In this document: positions 19,056-31,772 of the stretch, piece after piece
Layout: each line of letters begins with the position of its first letter
Position numbering within the stretch: position 1 is the first letter of the stretch
NCBI GenBank assembly: GCA_964634485.1
Contig: CAZWJB010000001.1
Location: 8,518-48,016, forward strand
Direction: 5' to 3'
From: an uncultured Thiohalobacter sp.
GTDB lineage: Bacteria; Pseudomonadota; Gammaproteobacteria; DSM-19610
DNA length: 39,499 bases
Translations under genes and position numbers: made by a program
The notes under the pieces: model-generated
Told to the model about the DNA's origin: nothing
Database searches by the model: none
What the model saw: the letters and a program-made list of their open reading frames with translations, nothing else

Positions 19056-19140
19056 GTCAGGCAATAATGAAGGAAATGAAAGCAGATTCAAATCTGCCTG
19101 CATCTCGTGTTAAATACCCTGAATTCAGATAACTGACCCT

Positions 19141-20643
19141 ATGACCACAAACACCACCGAAACCGCCAACCAGAAACTGCTGCACTCAAAGTTATTCTGG
19201 GTGGGCATCCTGTATTTTGCCGAAGGCTTCCCGCTGGGCGTGTTTTACGACGTGTTCCCGGTTCACTTCCGAACCCAGGGTGTCGAGCTGTGGAAAATCG
19301 GCTTTATGAGCCTGCTGGGCCTTGCCTGGACGCTGAAGTTCCTTTGGGCCCCTGCCATAGATCATTACCGGCACCATCGGCGCTGGATGCTGGTGGTGGA
19401 CCTGGTAATGGCCACGGTCATGGCCGTATTTGCCTTGCACTCTGATTTCGGCCCCTGGGTATGGTGGGCCATCGGCCTGTTTACGTTGATGTCTGCAACC
19501 AATGATATTGCCATCGACGGCTACACCATCGAAATGCTCAACAAGCGCGAACTGGGGCTGGCCAACGGCTTGCGCATCGGCTTTTACCGGGTCGGGATGC
19601 TGGCATCGGGTTTTGCACTGATGCTGTCCGATGTATGGGGCTGGACCGGCACCTACCTGGCTGCCACAGCTATTTTCATTGCCAGCGGTATCGCCTGCCT
19701 GCTCGCGCCCAGAGAGGTCAGCAAAGCGGGCAGTGGCAGCCTCGGTATCAGGCATGAGCTGAAAGCGCTTCTTGTCCACCCCGCCGCGTTCAGTCTGGTG
19801 GTCCTGTTCCTGCTGGGCGCACTCTGGCTGGCCGACAATAGCGTTCACTGGTCAAAGACACTGGAAATGTTCTGGCCCACTGCATTTATCATCGCAGGCG
19901 CACTGATACTGGGCGGATGGATTTTTTCCCGAACCTCGCACAAGATAAAGGCGCAGGAACAGCGCACCCCGCTGAGTGAAGGCCCGATGTTCGGCACACT
20001 GTTTGAGATGTTGAAACGGCCTTATATCATCCCGGTCATTATCTTCGTACTGATCTTCAAGCTCGGCGACAGCTCCATGGGCTTTATGATCAAACCCTTC
20101 TGGGTTGATGTCGGGTTTACGGCTGGCGAAATCGGTCTGGTGTCGGTCAATATCGGGCTGGCCCTTTCCATCGCCGGCGGCATTACCGGTGGCTGGTACA
20201 CCGACCGATCCGGGATATTCAAAGCACTTTGGGTGCTGGGACTGTGGCAGGCCCTGTCCAATCTGGGTTATGCCTATGCCGCATCTGCGCTGCCACTGGC
20301 CGAGTCCGGTGCCGTGCTCAGCGAATCACAACGCTGGCTGATGTATGCGGCGAGCGCGCTGGAGTCTTTTACCGGGGGGCTCGGCACGGCAGCCTTTCTG
20401 GCCTTCCTGATGGCCATCGTCAATAAAACGCATTCGGCAACCGAGTATGCGATTTATTCATCGATTTTCGCGCTCAGCCGCTCATTAGCAGGCTGGGCCG
20501 GTGGTTTTGGTGCGCAGATAATGGGCTATGCCGATTATTTTCTACTGACTTTCTTTCTCGCTTTTCCCGCGTACCTTCTGTTGCCATGGGCCAGACATAT
20601 GATGACCTACGCCGAAAAGCAAAAGGAATTCGGCCAACACTGA
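19141..20643 (+). CDS. AmpG-like MFS transporter
   Basis: LYFAEGFP, LKFLWAPAID, SATNDIAIDG, GFYRVGML, FKLGD, HSATEYA are AmpG/PAT-family motifs. Confidence 0.82.
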   Translation: MTTNTTETANQKLLHSKLFWVGILYFAEGFPLGVFYDVFPVHFRTQGVELWKIGFMSLLGLAWTLKFLWAPAIDHYRHHRRWMLVVDLVMATVMAVFALHSDFGPWVWWAIGLFTLMSATNDIAIDGYTIEMLNKRELGLANGLRIGFYRVGMLASGFALMLSDVWGWTGTYLAATAIFIASGIACLLAPREVSKAGSGSLGIRHELKALLVHPAAFSLVVLFLLGALWLADNSVHWSKTLEMFWPTAFIIAGALILGGWIFSRTSHKIKAQEQRTPLSEGPMFGTLFEMLKRPYIIPVIIFVLIFKLGDSSMGFMIKPFWVDVGFTAGEIGLVSVNIGLALSIAGGITGGWYTDRSGIFKALWVLGLWQALSNLGYAYAASALPLAESGAVLSESQRWLMYAASALESFTGGLGTAAFLAFLMAIVNKTHSATEYAIYSSIFALSRSLAGWAGGFGAQIMGYADYFLLTFFLAFPAYLLLPWARHMMTYAEKQKEFGQH

Positions 20644-20652
20644 AGCCGCGTT

Positions 20653-21429
20653 TTAAGCCAGCGGGTAGTCATAATCCATGATCAGCGGTGCATGGTCGGA
20701 AAAGCGTTTTGCCTTGTAGATCCTTGCAGCTTTTACCTTGTCGGCCATACCCGGTGTCACCACCTGGTAGTCGATACGCCAACCCACATTTTTCTCCCAG
20801 GCCCGGCCGCGGTTTGACCACCAGGTATATTGGTCAGGCCGCTGGTCAACGGCGCGGAATGCATCGACATAACCTGCCGGGCCCAGCAACTCATCCATCC
20901 AGCTACGCTCTTCAGGCAGAAAACCGGAATTTTTCTGATTACCCCGCCAGTTTTTCAGATCGATCTGCCGGTGCGCGATATTCCAGTCACCACAGATAAC
21001 ATACTCGCGGCGTTTGCGCCGTAATTTGCGCAGGTAGGGCATAAACCGCTCCATCATGGCGAATTTCTTCTGCTGGCGTTCCTCGCTGGAAGAACCGGAG
21101 TGCATGTACAGTGAGATAACACTCAGCGCACCGAACTGAACCTCAAGGTAGCGGCCCTCTGCATCCACATCCGGCCAACCCAGGCCCTCGATCACCTTGT
21201 CCGGCTTGCGCCGGCAATAAATTGCGACTCCGCTGTATCCCTTCTTCTCGGCATCATGGAAACAGGCGTGAAAAGCTCGTGGCCAGAACACTTTGTCCTC
21301 GAGCTGGTGAACCTGTGCCCTGGTTTCCTGAATACAGATCACATCGGCACGCTGACGATTCATCCAGCTGAAAAACCCTTTGCGGGCCGCAGCCCGAATA
21401 CCGTTCACGTTCACAGTGATAATGCGCAT
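20653..21429 (-). CDS. xth: Exodeoxyribonuclease III (Xth/ExoA family, Crc-locus homologue)
   Basis: NVNGIRAA, IQETRA, GYSGVA, CGDWNIAH, SGFLPEER, YTWWSNR, GWRIDY, SDHAP. Start ATG 21429 with AGGAG RBS. Confidence 0.9.
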   Translation of the reverse strand: MRIITVNVNGIRAAARKGFFSWMNRQRADVICIQETRAQVHQLEDKVFWPRAFHACFHDAEKKGYSGVAIYCRRKPDKVIEGLGWPDVDAEGRYLEVQFGALSVISLYMHSGSSSEERQQKKFAMMERFMPYLRKLRRKRREYVICGDWNIAHRQIDLKNWRGNQKNSGFLPEERSWMDELLGPAGYVDAFRAVDQRPDQYTWWSNRGRAWEKNVGWRIDYQVVTPGMADKVKAARIYKAKRFSDHAPLIMDYDYPLA

Positions 21430-21491
21430 GCGTTCTCCTGTCTGGCAAGGCCGTGTATCATACCCGAGCTTTTTAGCCGCGGTGGAAACCC

Positions 21492-22133
21492 ATGCAGCCA
21501 TACAAAAAAGAATTTCTGGAATTCGCCATCCAGGCCGGTGTTCTGCGCTTTGGTGAATTTACCCTCAAATCAGGCCGTACCAGCCCCTATTTCTTTAATG
21601 CCGGTCTGTTCAATACCGGTCAGCACCTCGCCCGACTCGGGCGTTTCTACGCCCAGGCCATCGTCGATGATGGCATCCGCTTTGACGTGTTGTTCGGTCC
21701 GGCTTACAAGGGTATTCCACTCGCAGCTGCCACGAGTATCGCCCTCGCAGATCACCACGATCTGAATGTCCCCTACTGTTTCAACCGCAAGGAAGCCAAG
21801 GATCACGGCGAAGGCGGCAATCTGGTAGGCGCTCCCCTGCAGGGCGATATTCTGATCATCGATGACGTAATCACCGCCGGCACAGCCATTCGTGAATCAC
21901 TGGCCATCATCGACAGGGCCGGCGCCAGGGCTGCCGGTGTTGTCATCGCCCTTGACCGCCAGGAACGTGGCCAGAGCGAACGCTCCGCCATCCAGGAAGT
22001 GGAACAGGATCTGGGCCTGAAAGTCACCAGCATAATAAAGCTGGAAGAGCTGCAGGAATTTCTGACGAATAAATCCGATTACAGGGCGGCCCTGCAAACC
22101 ATCAACAGATACAGGGAACAGTACGGGGTATAG
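21492..22133 (+). CDS. pyrE: Orotate phosphoribosyltransferase
   Basis: [49 protein letters not shown]. Confidence 0.97.
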   Translation: MQPYKKEFLEFAIQAGVLRFGEFTLKSGRTSPYFFNAGLFNTGQHLARLGRFYAQAIVDDGIRFDVLFGPAYKGIPLAAATSIALADHHDLNVPYCFNRKEAKDHGEGGNLVGAPLQGDILIIDDVITAGTAIRESLAIIDRAGARAAGVVIALDRQERGQSERSAIQEVEQDLGLKVTSIIKLEELQEFLTNKSDYRAALQTINRYREQYGV

Positions 22134-22889
22134 TCAACCCACAATCAGCTTCAGGCCAATCACCAGAGCGATCACTTCAAACGCCCGCTTGATCCAGCGG
22201 TTTCCTTTGCTGATCGCCAGGTGCGCTCCAAAATAGCCGCCCAGCAATGATCCAGCCAGCAACACCGGCACCCAGCGCCAGTGAATCTCGGCTAAAAGTC
22301 CCAGGGTGACTGCCCCTGCACCGTTCCAGAAGACTCCCACCAGAATCAGTGTATAGGCAATCGCTCGCCGGTAATCAAAGCCAAACCAGCGTACCAGCCA
22401 CAGCGTAACGAACAATCCGGTACCGGAGGTCAATGAACCGTTCAGCACACCGATCCCGAACAACCCCAGACCGCCAGTCAGAAAACCTCTGAAATCCCGG
22501 TGCCTGACTGTGTTCACCTGCCCCAGACCAGGGTTCAGACAGGAATACAGCCCGAGCCCCAGAGTCAAAATTCCGAGCGCAATTTCCGCGCTACGCCCCG
22601 GGATGCCGATAATCACGTTTGCACCCAGCACCACCCCCGGCAAACCCGTCGCAAGTATGAATAATGCAAGGGTTTTTTCCAGGCCTCCCTCCCTCAAGTG
22701 GCGCACCGTCGCGCCGATACCCAAGGCAACACTGGCGACTTTGTGGGTTGCCAGTGCTACTACAAACGGGAGACCCAGAAAAATGAGCGCCGGCAGCTGG
22801 ATCAGGCCGGCACCGCCACCGGAAAACGCTGAAAACAGGTTGGCCGCCAGGGAAATAAGGAACAGCACAAGCTGATCCAGCCAATCCAT
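22134..22889 (-). CDS. Sulfite exporter TauE/SafE family protein
   Basis: About 8 TM helices; SGGGAGLIQLPAL, ALATHK, NGSLTSGTG, GGYFGAHL. Confidence 0.8.
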   Translation of the reverse strand: MDWLDQLVLFLISLAANLFSAFSGGGAGLIQLPALIFLGLPFVVALATHKVASVALGIGATVRHLREGGLEKTLALFILATGLPGVVLGANVIIGIPGRSAEIALGILTLGLGLYSCLNPGLGQVNTVRHRDFRGFLTGGLGLFGIGVLNGSLTSGTGLFVTLWLVRWFGFDYRRAIAYTLILVGVFWNGAGAVTLGLLAEIHWRWVPVLLAGSLLGGYFGAHLAISKGNRWIKRAFEVIALVIGLKLIVG

Positions 22890-22922
22890 TATCTACTCAC
22901 CAGAAGCTTGAACAGAAAGGAT

Positions 22923-23576
22923 ATGATCATTAATTTTCATACTAAATGCTGTATGGCACTGGCACTCAGCAGTGTCCTCTGCCTCCCGACTTTACCCTCG
23001 CACGCCGGCAAACTCTACAAGTGGGTCGATGATACCGGCCAGATTCGCTATGGTGACCGCATCCCTCCTCAATATGCAAAGAAAAAAAACGAGACCCTTA
23101 GCGACCAGGGTATCGTGGTTGAAACAAAGGTCGCGGCAAAAACCCCGGAGCAGATTGCTGAAGAAAAGCGCCAGGCAGCACTAGAGGCTGAACAGGAACG
23201 CATCCGCATCGAGATCGCTCGCAGAGACAGCGTCCTGCTGGATACTTTCACCAACGAAGACGAGATGATTATGACGCGTAACGGCAAACTCGAGGCTATC
23301 GAGGCCGTAATCCGCGTCACTGGCAGCCGTATCGGAAAAAACAAACAACGCCTTGCCGACCTGAAACTCAGGGCAGCCAATATAGAGCGTTCAGGTAAAG
23401 CGGTGCCAAAGAAGCTGCTGCGAGAGATCTCCGATACCCGTAACCAGATTCAGTCCAATACCAGTTACATCGCCAACCGCGCGGACGAACAGCGGCGAAT
23501 CCGGGAAGTATTCGAAGCTGACATCAATCGTTTTCGTGAACTAAAGGCGGCTCAGGCCAGGCTGGCAGCGGACTAA
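22923..23576 (+). CDS. DUF4124 domain exported coiled-coil protein
   Basis: Signal peptide (SHA|GK), LYKWVDDTGQIRYGDRIPP, LLDTF..EDE, helical C-terminus. ATG 22923 after AAAGGA. Confidence 0.78.
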   Translation: MIINFHTKCCMALALSSVLCLPTLPSHAGKLYKWVDDTGQIRYGDRIPPQYAKKKNETLSDQGIVVETKVAAKTPEQIAEEKRQAALEAEQERIRIEIARRDSVLLDTFTNEDEMIMTRNGKLEAIEAVIRVTGSRIGKNKQRLADLKLRAANIERSGKAVPKKLLREISDTRNQIQSNTSYIANRADEQRRIREVFEADINRFRELKAAQARLAAD

Positions 23577-23582
23577 AACCGG

Positions 23583-27043
<3,461 letters not shown>

Positions 27044-27082
27044 CACAGTCCCTGAATAATAGTTTGTCCTGACACGGTTTCC

Positions 27083-27538
27083 TCAGGCGCGGCCGGTATG
27101 ACCAAATCCGCCCTCCCCACGATCGCTATCGACAAATTCCTCGACAACTTCAAATCCGGCGCGTACCACCGGCACGAAGATCATCTGCGCGATCCGCTCA
27201 CCCGGTTCGATGCTAAATGCACTGTGTCCACGGTTCCAGCAAGACACAAAAAGCTGCCCCTGGTAATCGGAGTCGATCAGTCCGACCAGGTTGCCCAGCA
27301 CAATCCCGTGCTTGTGACCCAGACCTGATCTCGGTAGCAACATGGCCGCCAGATCCGGGTCGGCTATATGTATAGCCATTCCGGTGGGCAACAACTCGGC
27401 CTGACCTGCTTCCAGCGTAAGCGTCTTATCCAGGCAGGCGCGCAGGTCCACGCCCGCAGAACCATCAGTCGCATAGTCAGGTAACGGGAATTCATTGCCA
27501 ATGCGCGGGTCAAGAATTTTAAGCTGAATGCTTTGCAT
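27083..27538 (-). CDS. dut: dUTP diphosphatase
   Basis: [38 protein letters not shown]. Start ATG 27538. Confidence 0.97.
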   Translation of the reverse strand: MQSIQLKILDPRIGNEFPLPDYATDGSAGVDLRACLDKTLTLEAGQAELLPTGMAIHIADPDLAAMLLPRSGLGHKHGIVLGNLVGLIDSDYQGQLFVSCWNRGHSAFSIEPGERIAQMIFVPVVRAGFEVVEEFVDSDRGEGGFGHTGRA

Positions 27539-28754
27539 GATTCTCCGAAGACTCGTCCGTCGTAGTTTGATTGGTATAAAGGTCAGCGATCTGTTCAACC
27601 AGCTGGTCCGCCAGCCGGTTTTTGGCTGCTACCGGCAACAGGTGCTCTCCGCCCTCCCAGACCAACAGGAGTTCGTTATTATCGCTTTCGAAACCCAGCC
27701 CCCCCCCGACCTGGTTGGCAGCGATCATTTCCACACCCTTGTGCATACGCTTTTTGCGGGCGTTCTGTTCCAGTTGCTCGGTCTCGGCGGCAAAACCGAC
27801 GCACCATGGCCGTTTTTCCAGTGCCGCCACCATTGCCAGAATATCCGGCGCCGGCTCCAGTTGCAGCGACCAGCCGCTTGCCTGCTTTTTGATTTTTTGC
27901 GGCTCGGGGGCAACCGGCCGGTAATCCGCCACTGCGGCTGCGGCAATAAAAATGTCGCAGTCCGCGATCCGTATCAGCACCGCTTCAAGCATATCCTGTG
28001 CAGACTCCACCACCACCCGCTGTACGCCGGCTGGCGCATCCAGCGCGACCGGGCCACTGACAAGCTCGACGCTGGCTCCTGCTTCGCGGGCTGCCCGGGC
28101 AACTGCATAGCCCATTTTCCCCGAACTTCGGTTGCCGAGGAAACGCACCGGATCCACCGCTTCACGCGTGGGACCTGCAGTAACTACGACTTTCAGACCC
28201 GCCAGACGCCCGTTGGCAAAAGAATCCGACAAGACCTGCCGCAGGGCCTGTGGCTCCAGCATGCGGCCCGGACCAACATCCCCACAGGCCTGCTCACCCG
28301 TGTCAGGACCACACACCTGCACGCCTCGCTCGAGCAGGCACTGCACGTTGTCACGGGTGGCGGCATGGCGCCACATCGCCTGGTTCATGGCCGGTGCGAC
28401 CAGCAACGGGGCCTCGCTGGCCAGACAAACGGCTGCCAGCAGCTCATCAGCACGGCCCTGTGCCAGGCGTGCCAGGGTATCCGCACTCGCCGGTGCAATC
28501 AGGATACGCTCCGCCCAACGCGCCAGTTCGATATGATCCATACCGGTCTGATCGTCCGACCAGTCACACCAGACGGGCTCACCACTCAGCGCCTGAAAGG
28601 TCCGGGCAGTCACAAAACCGGTCGCAGCGGGTGTCATAAGTACGCGCACAACAGCACCCGCAGCACGCAGCTGACGCACAAGTTCGGCGCTTTTATAGGC
28701 AGCGATACCGCCACACACACCGAGCAGAATCCGTTTTTCGGCAAGCAGGTTCAT
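27519..28754 (-). CDS. coaBC: Bifunctional phosphopantothenoylcysteine decarboxylase/ligase
   Basis: [56 protein letters not shown]. Start ATG 28754. Confidence 0.96.
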   Translation of the reverse strand: MNLLAEKRILLGVCGGIAAYKSAELVRQLRAAGAVVRVLMTPAATGFVTARTFQALSGEPVWCDWSDDQTGMDHIELARWAERILIAPASADTLARLAQGRADELLAAVCLASEAPLLVAPAMNQAMWRHAATRDNVQCLLERGVQVCGPDTGEQACGDVGPGRMLEPQALRQVLSDSFANGRLAGLKVVVTAGPTREAVDPVRFLGNRSSGKMGYAVARAAREAGASVELVSGPVALDAPAGVQRVVVESAQDMLEAVLIRIADCDIFIAAAAVADYRPVAPEPQKIKKQASGWSLQLEPAPDILAMVAALEKRPWCVGFAAETEQLEQNARKKRMHKGVEMIAANQVGGGLGFESDNNELLLVWEGGEHLLPVAAKNRLADQLVEQIADLYTNQTTTDESSENHAKHSA

Positions 28755-28906
28755 TGATAAGGAGTGTACCAGAACCAACGCCTCCGAAAAGGACAGCCTT
28801 TACAAAGGACTGCCGGCATTCCATGATCACGGCTGAGCGGCGGATATGCGACTCTGTATATCTGCAACGTTGGCTACACGGATACTGGACAACAAGGAGG
28901 TTATCC

Positions 28907-29581
28907 ATGCCGATCAGCGACTGGCCGGCGGCCGAACGGCCGCGTGAAAAACTATTGTCTCTCGGGCCCAGCGCCCTTTCAGATGCCGAGTTACTGGCGA
29001 TATTCCTGCGCACCGGGCTGCCCGGGCTCAACGCTGTCGAACTGGCGCGCGACCTGGTCAGGGAATACGGCGGACTACGCGCGTTGTTACAGGCCGATCG
29101 AAAACGCTTTTGTGACACCCGTGGACTGGGCAATGCCAAATATGCCCAGCTGCAAGCAGTTCTGGAACTGGCCCGGCGCCACCTGGGCGAAAGCCTGATG
29201 CGCAGTGATGCGTTGAAAAACCCGGCCGATACCCGGCGTTACCTGACCGCACAGCTGCGTGACTACCCCTACGAAGTTTTTGCCTGTCTGTTTCTGGACA
29301 GCCGTCACCGGCTGATCTGCTACGAGGAACTGTTCCGGGGGACGATTGATGGCGCCAGCGTGCATCCCCGGGAAGTCATACGTCGCGCCCTGCAGCACAA
29401 TGCGGCGGCTGTCATCCTGGCACACAACCATCCGTCGGGTGTTGCCGAGCCCAGCGACGCTGACCGGCGCATCACCCGGCGGCTGAAAGACGCACTGGGA
29501 CTGGTCGATATTCGCGTACTGGATCATATCGTTATCGGTGACCAGACCGCAGCCTCCTTTGCTGAACTTGGTCTATTGTAA
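28907..29581 (+). CDS. radC: RadC/YicR JAB-domain protein
   Basis: [52 protein letters not shown] before ATG 28907. Confidence 0.95.
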   Translation: MPISDWPAAERPREKLLSLGPSALSDAELLAIFLRTGLPGLNAVELARDLVREYGGLRALLQADRKRFCDTRGLGNAKYAQLQAVLELARRHLGESLMRSDALKNPADTRRYLTAQLRDYPYEVFACLFLDSRHRLICYEELFRGTIDGASVHPREVIRRALQHNAAAVILAHNHPSGVAEPSDADRRITRRLKDALGLVDIRVLDHIVIGDQTAASFAELGLL

Positions 29582-29662
29582 CCTTATGAAATATATTATT
29601 ATATTTTGAGCATTGCACAGATTGCAGCACTGTTATCGGCATACCCCGGATAGCTTCCGGCC

Positions 29663-29691
29663 TTGTCTGCAGTGACCCGGTCTGGTATAAA
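29663..29691 (+). promoter_or_regulatory. Candidate sigma-70 promoter of rpmBG
   Basis: TTGTCT-N17-TATAAA followed by a GC-rich discriminator (GCGCGG), typical of stringently controlled ribosomal protein promoters. Confidence 0.6.
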
Positions 29692-29748
29692 GCGCGGTTC
29701 TCGTTGTCCGCCCCTGGCGGGCCGTGCAAGAATTTGAGGAATTGAGCA

Positions 29749-29985
29749 ATGTCCAAAGTCTGTCAGGTTACCGGGAAGCGCCCTGTAGCGGGCAACAATG
29801 TTTCCCACGCGCATAACAAAACCCGCCGCCGGTTCCTGCCGAACCTGCATTCTCACCGTTTCTGGGTGGCATCTGAAAATCGCTGGGTGAAACTTCGCGT
29901 GTCTTCCAAAGGCATGCGTATTATCGATAAACAGGGCATAGATACGGTTCTGGCCGATATGCGCGCCCGTGGCGAAAAAATCTAG
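29749..29985 (+). CDS. rpmB: 50S ribosomal protein L28
   Basis: [31 protein letters not shown]. Confidence 0.98.
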   Translation: MSKVCQVTGKRPVAGNNVSHAHNKTRRRFLPNLHSHRFWVASENRWVKLRVSSKGMRIIDKQGIDTVLADMRARGEKI

Positions 29986-29996
29986 GGAGAACGATC

Positions 29997-30152
29997 ATGC
30001 GTGACAAGATCAAGCTCGTGTCCAGCGCCGGGACCGGCCATTTTTATACCACAACCAAAAACAAGCGCACCACGCCTGACAAGCTGGAAATGAAAAAATA
30101 CGATCCGGTCGTGCGCAAGCATGTGACTTACAAGGAAGCGAAAATCAAGTAG
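29997..30152 (+). CDS. rpmG: 50S ribosomal protein L33 (no Zn-ribbon cysteines)
   Basis: Below the ORF-track cutoff; translated by hand as [59 protein letters not shown]. Confidence 0.97.
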   Translation: MRDKIKLVSSAGTGHFYTTTKNKRTTPDKLEMKKYDPVVRKHVTYKEAKIK

Positions 30153-30177
30153 GCCATCCGCGCTTCGTACAGATCAG

Positions 30178-30203
30178 AAAGCCCGGTTGCACCGGGCTTT
30201 TTT
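30178..30203 (+). terminator. Rho-independent terminator of rpmBG
   Basis: AAAGCCCGGT-tgc-ACCGGGCTTTTTT. Confidence 0.85.
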
Positions 30204-30306
30204 GTTTCAGAAAGTCAGCCAGCTTGCCGCTCTTAAACCTGTAGCCTCGCCCTGATTCACAAGCATCTGAATCTGTTAAACTTTAACCAAACAACGGAAC
30301 AGAGCA

Positions 30307-31512
30307 GTGAGCGATATATTCATCGGCCGCCAGCCCATATACGACCGCAAGCTCGGCGTGTATGCCTACGAACTGCTGTTTCGAACAGCAGATATGAACA
30401 GGGCGGCCATTACTGATGGTGACAAAGCCACGTCGGACGTCATCATCAATACCTTTCTGGAAATCGGCCTGGACAACATTGTCAGCAACCGCCTGGCCTT
30501 TATTAACCTGACGCGTTCGTTTTTCGTCAACGAACACTCGATTTCCCTGCCCAAAGACCGCGTGGTACTGGAACTGCTGGAAGATATTGAGGCTGATGAC
30601 GAAGTCGTTGCAGGGGTTAAACGCCTCACTGACCAGGGTTACACCATCGCGCTGGATGACTTTATTTACCACGAATCGCTCAAGCCCCTGGTGCAACTCG
30701 CGAACATTATAAAAATCGACATCATGGCGCTGGACAGGGACGAAGTCCGCGATCACGTGCAGGCACTGCGCAAACACCCGCTGCGCCTGGTGGCGGAAAA
30801 GGTCGAGACCCAGGAAGAATTCGATTACTGCATGGAACTGGGCTTCGATTATTTCCAGGGGTATTTCTTTGCCCAGCCAAAGGTCATTCGTGGCCAGCGC
30901 CTGCCCAACAACCGACTCGCCATACTGAAGCTGCTCAGCAGGCTGCAGGATCCGGACATTTCACCACAACAGCTCGAAGACCTGATCGCCCAGGATGTCG
31001 CCTTTAGCTACCGGATTCTGCGTTATGTCAATTCAGCGTCATTCGCACTGCCGCGCACTATTGAATCCATACAGCAGGCGGTAGTCATCCTCGGACTGAA
31101 AAGCATCAAATCGTGGACCACACTGCTCGCCATGTCGCAAGTGGATAACAAGCCCGCTGAACTGGTTATCACCGCCATGGTGCGGGCAAAAATGGCGGAG
31201 GAGCTGGCCAAAGCACAAAAGGCTGATCGCCCGGATTCTTTTTTCACCGTCGGCCTGTTCTCGGCCCTGGATGCGCTGATGGATAACAGCATGGAGGAAA
31301 TACTCACGCAGCTGCCGCTGGCAGACCATATTTCCGACGCGCTGTTACACCGCCAGGGGATTCACGGTGAGGTTCTGTCCTGTGTACTGGCTTATGAACG
31401 CGGCCAGTGGGAGCAGATTAAACCCACCCGGTTGAGCCGCTCCCAAATCCGGGATTGCTACCTGACAGCCGTGCAGTGGGCCGGCGAGATACGTCAGCAA
31501 CTCATTGAATGA
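30307..31512 (+). CDS. EAL + HDOD domain protein (CdgJ/YuxH-like c-di-GMP phosphodiesterase family)
   Basis: RQPIYD..AYELLFR, FINL, VLELLE, IALDDF, KID, AEKVET, FQGYFF, then an HDOD domain (ILRYVNS, GLFSALDALM). GTG start. Confidence 0.88.
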   Translation: MSDIFIGRQPIYDRKLGVYAYELLFRTADMNRAAITDGDKATSDVIINTFLEIGLDNIVSNRLAFINLTRSFFVNEHSISLPKDRVVLELLEDIEADDEVVAGVKRLTDQGYTIALDDFIYHESLKPLVQLANIIKIDIMALDRDEVRDHVQALRKHPLRLVAEKVETQEEFDYCMELGFDYFQGYFFAQPKVIRGQRLPNNRLAILKLLSRLQDPDISPQQLEDLIAQDVAFSYRILRYVNSASFALPRTIESIQQAVVILGLKSIKSWTTLLAMSQVDNKPAELVITAMVRAKMAEELAKAQKADRPDSFFTVGLFSALDALMDNSMEEILTQLPLADHISDALLHRQGIHGEVLSCVLAYERGQWEQIKPTRLSRSQIRDCYLTAVQWAGEIRQQLIE

Positions 31513-31539
31513 GGCTGCCAGCGGAGTACCGCAACCTTT

Positions 31540-31581
31540 TTGATCCAGATCAAGGAATAACCATTTATGCAGGCGTAGAGT
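31540..31581 (+). promoter_or_regulatory. FNR/ANR-dependent class II promoter
   Basis: Perfect TTGAT-CCAG-ATCAA at 31540-31553 and TAGAGT -10 at 31576-31581. This places the box about 41.5 nt upstream of a predicted start near 31588. Confidence 0.7.
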
Positions 31582-31586
31582 GGTCT

Positions 31587-31712
31587 GCGGTTGGACTAGT
31601 GATGGGTCTGGAGCAAGGAGGTTAACTGCTCTACCTCCTTGCTCTGATACCTTCTTATCATTGTCTTCCCTTCCCGTCCTTAACCGCAGCGCTTTTGGCG
31701 CTGCGGTTTTTT
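31587..31712 (+). ncRNA. Putative anaerobically induced small RNA (or attenuated leader of ppx)
   Basis: FNR-type promoter upstream, perfect 12-bp hairpin at 31611-31644, a small hairpin, a CU-rich tract and an intrinsic terminator. No substantial sense ORF with a credible start. Confidence 0.6.
31682..31712 (+). terminator. Rho-independent terminator upstream of ppx
   Basis: AACCGCAGCGC-ttttg-GCGCTGCGGTT-TTTT. Confidence 0.85.
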
Positions 31713-31772
31713 GTTGCGTCAAAGCAATAGCTGGGGAACAATGTCGGCAAATTACAGGCGCAACAGAACCCA

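Noticed and set aside
27528-28757. 409-aa plus-strand ORF
   Set aside because: Antisense mirror of coaBC with no protein-family features or RBS.
28907-29581. radC as a mobile-element marker
   Set aside because: Full-length form in the canonical coaBC/radC-rpmB-rpmG chromosomal context.
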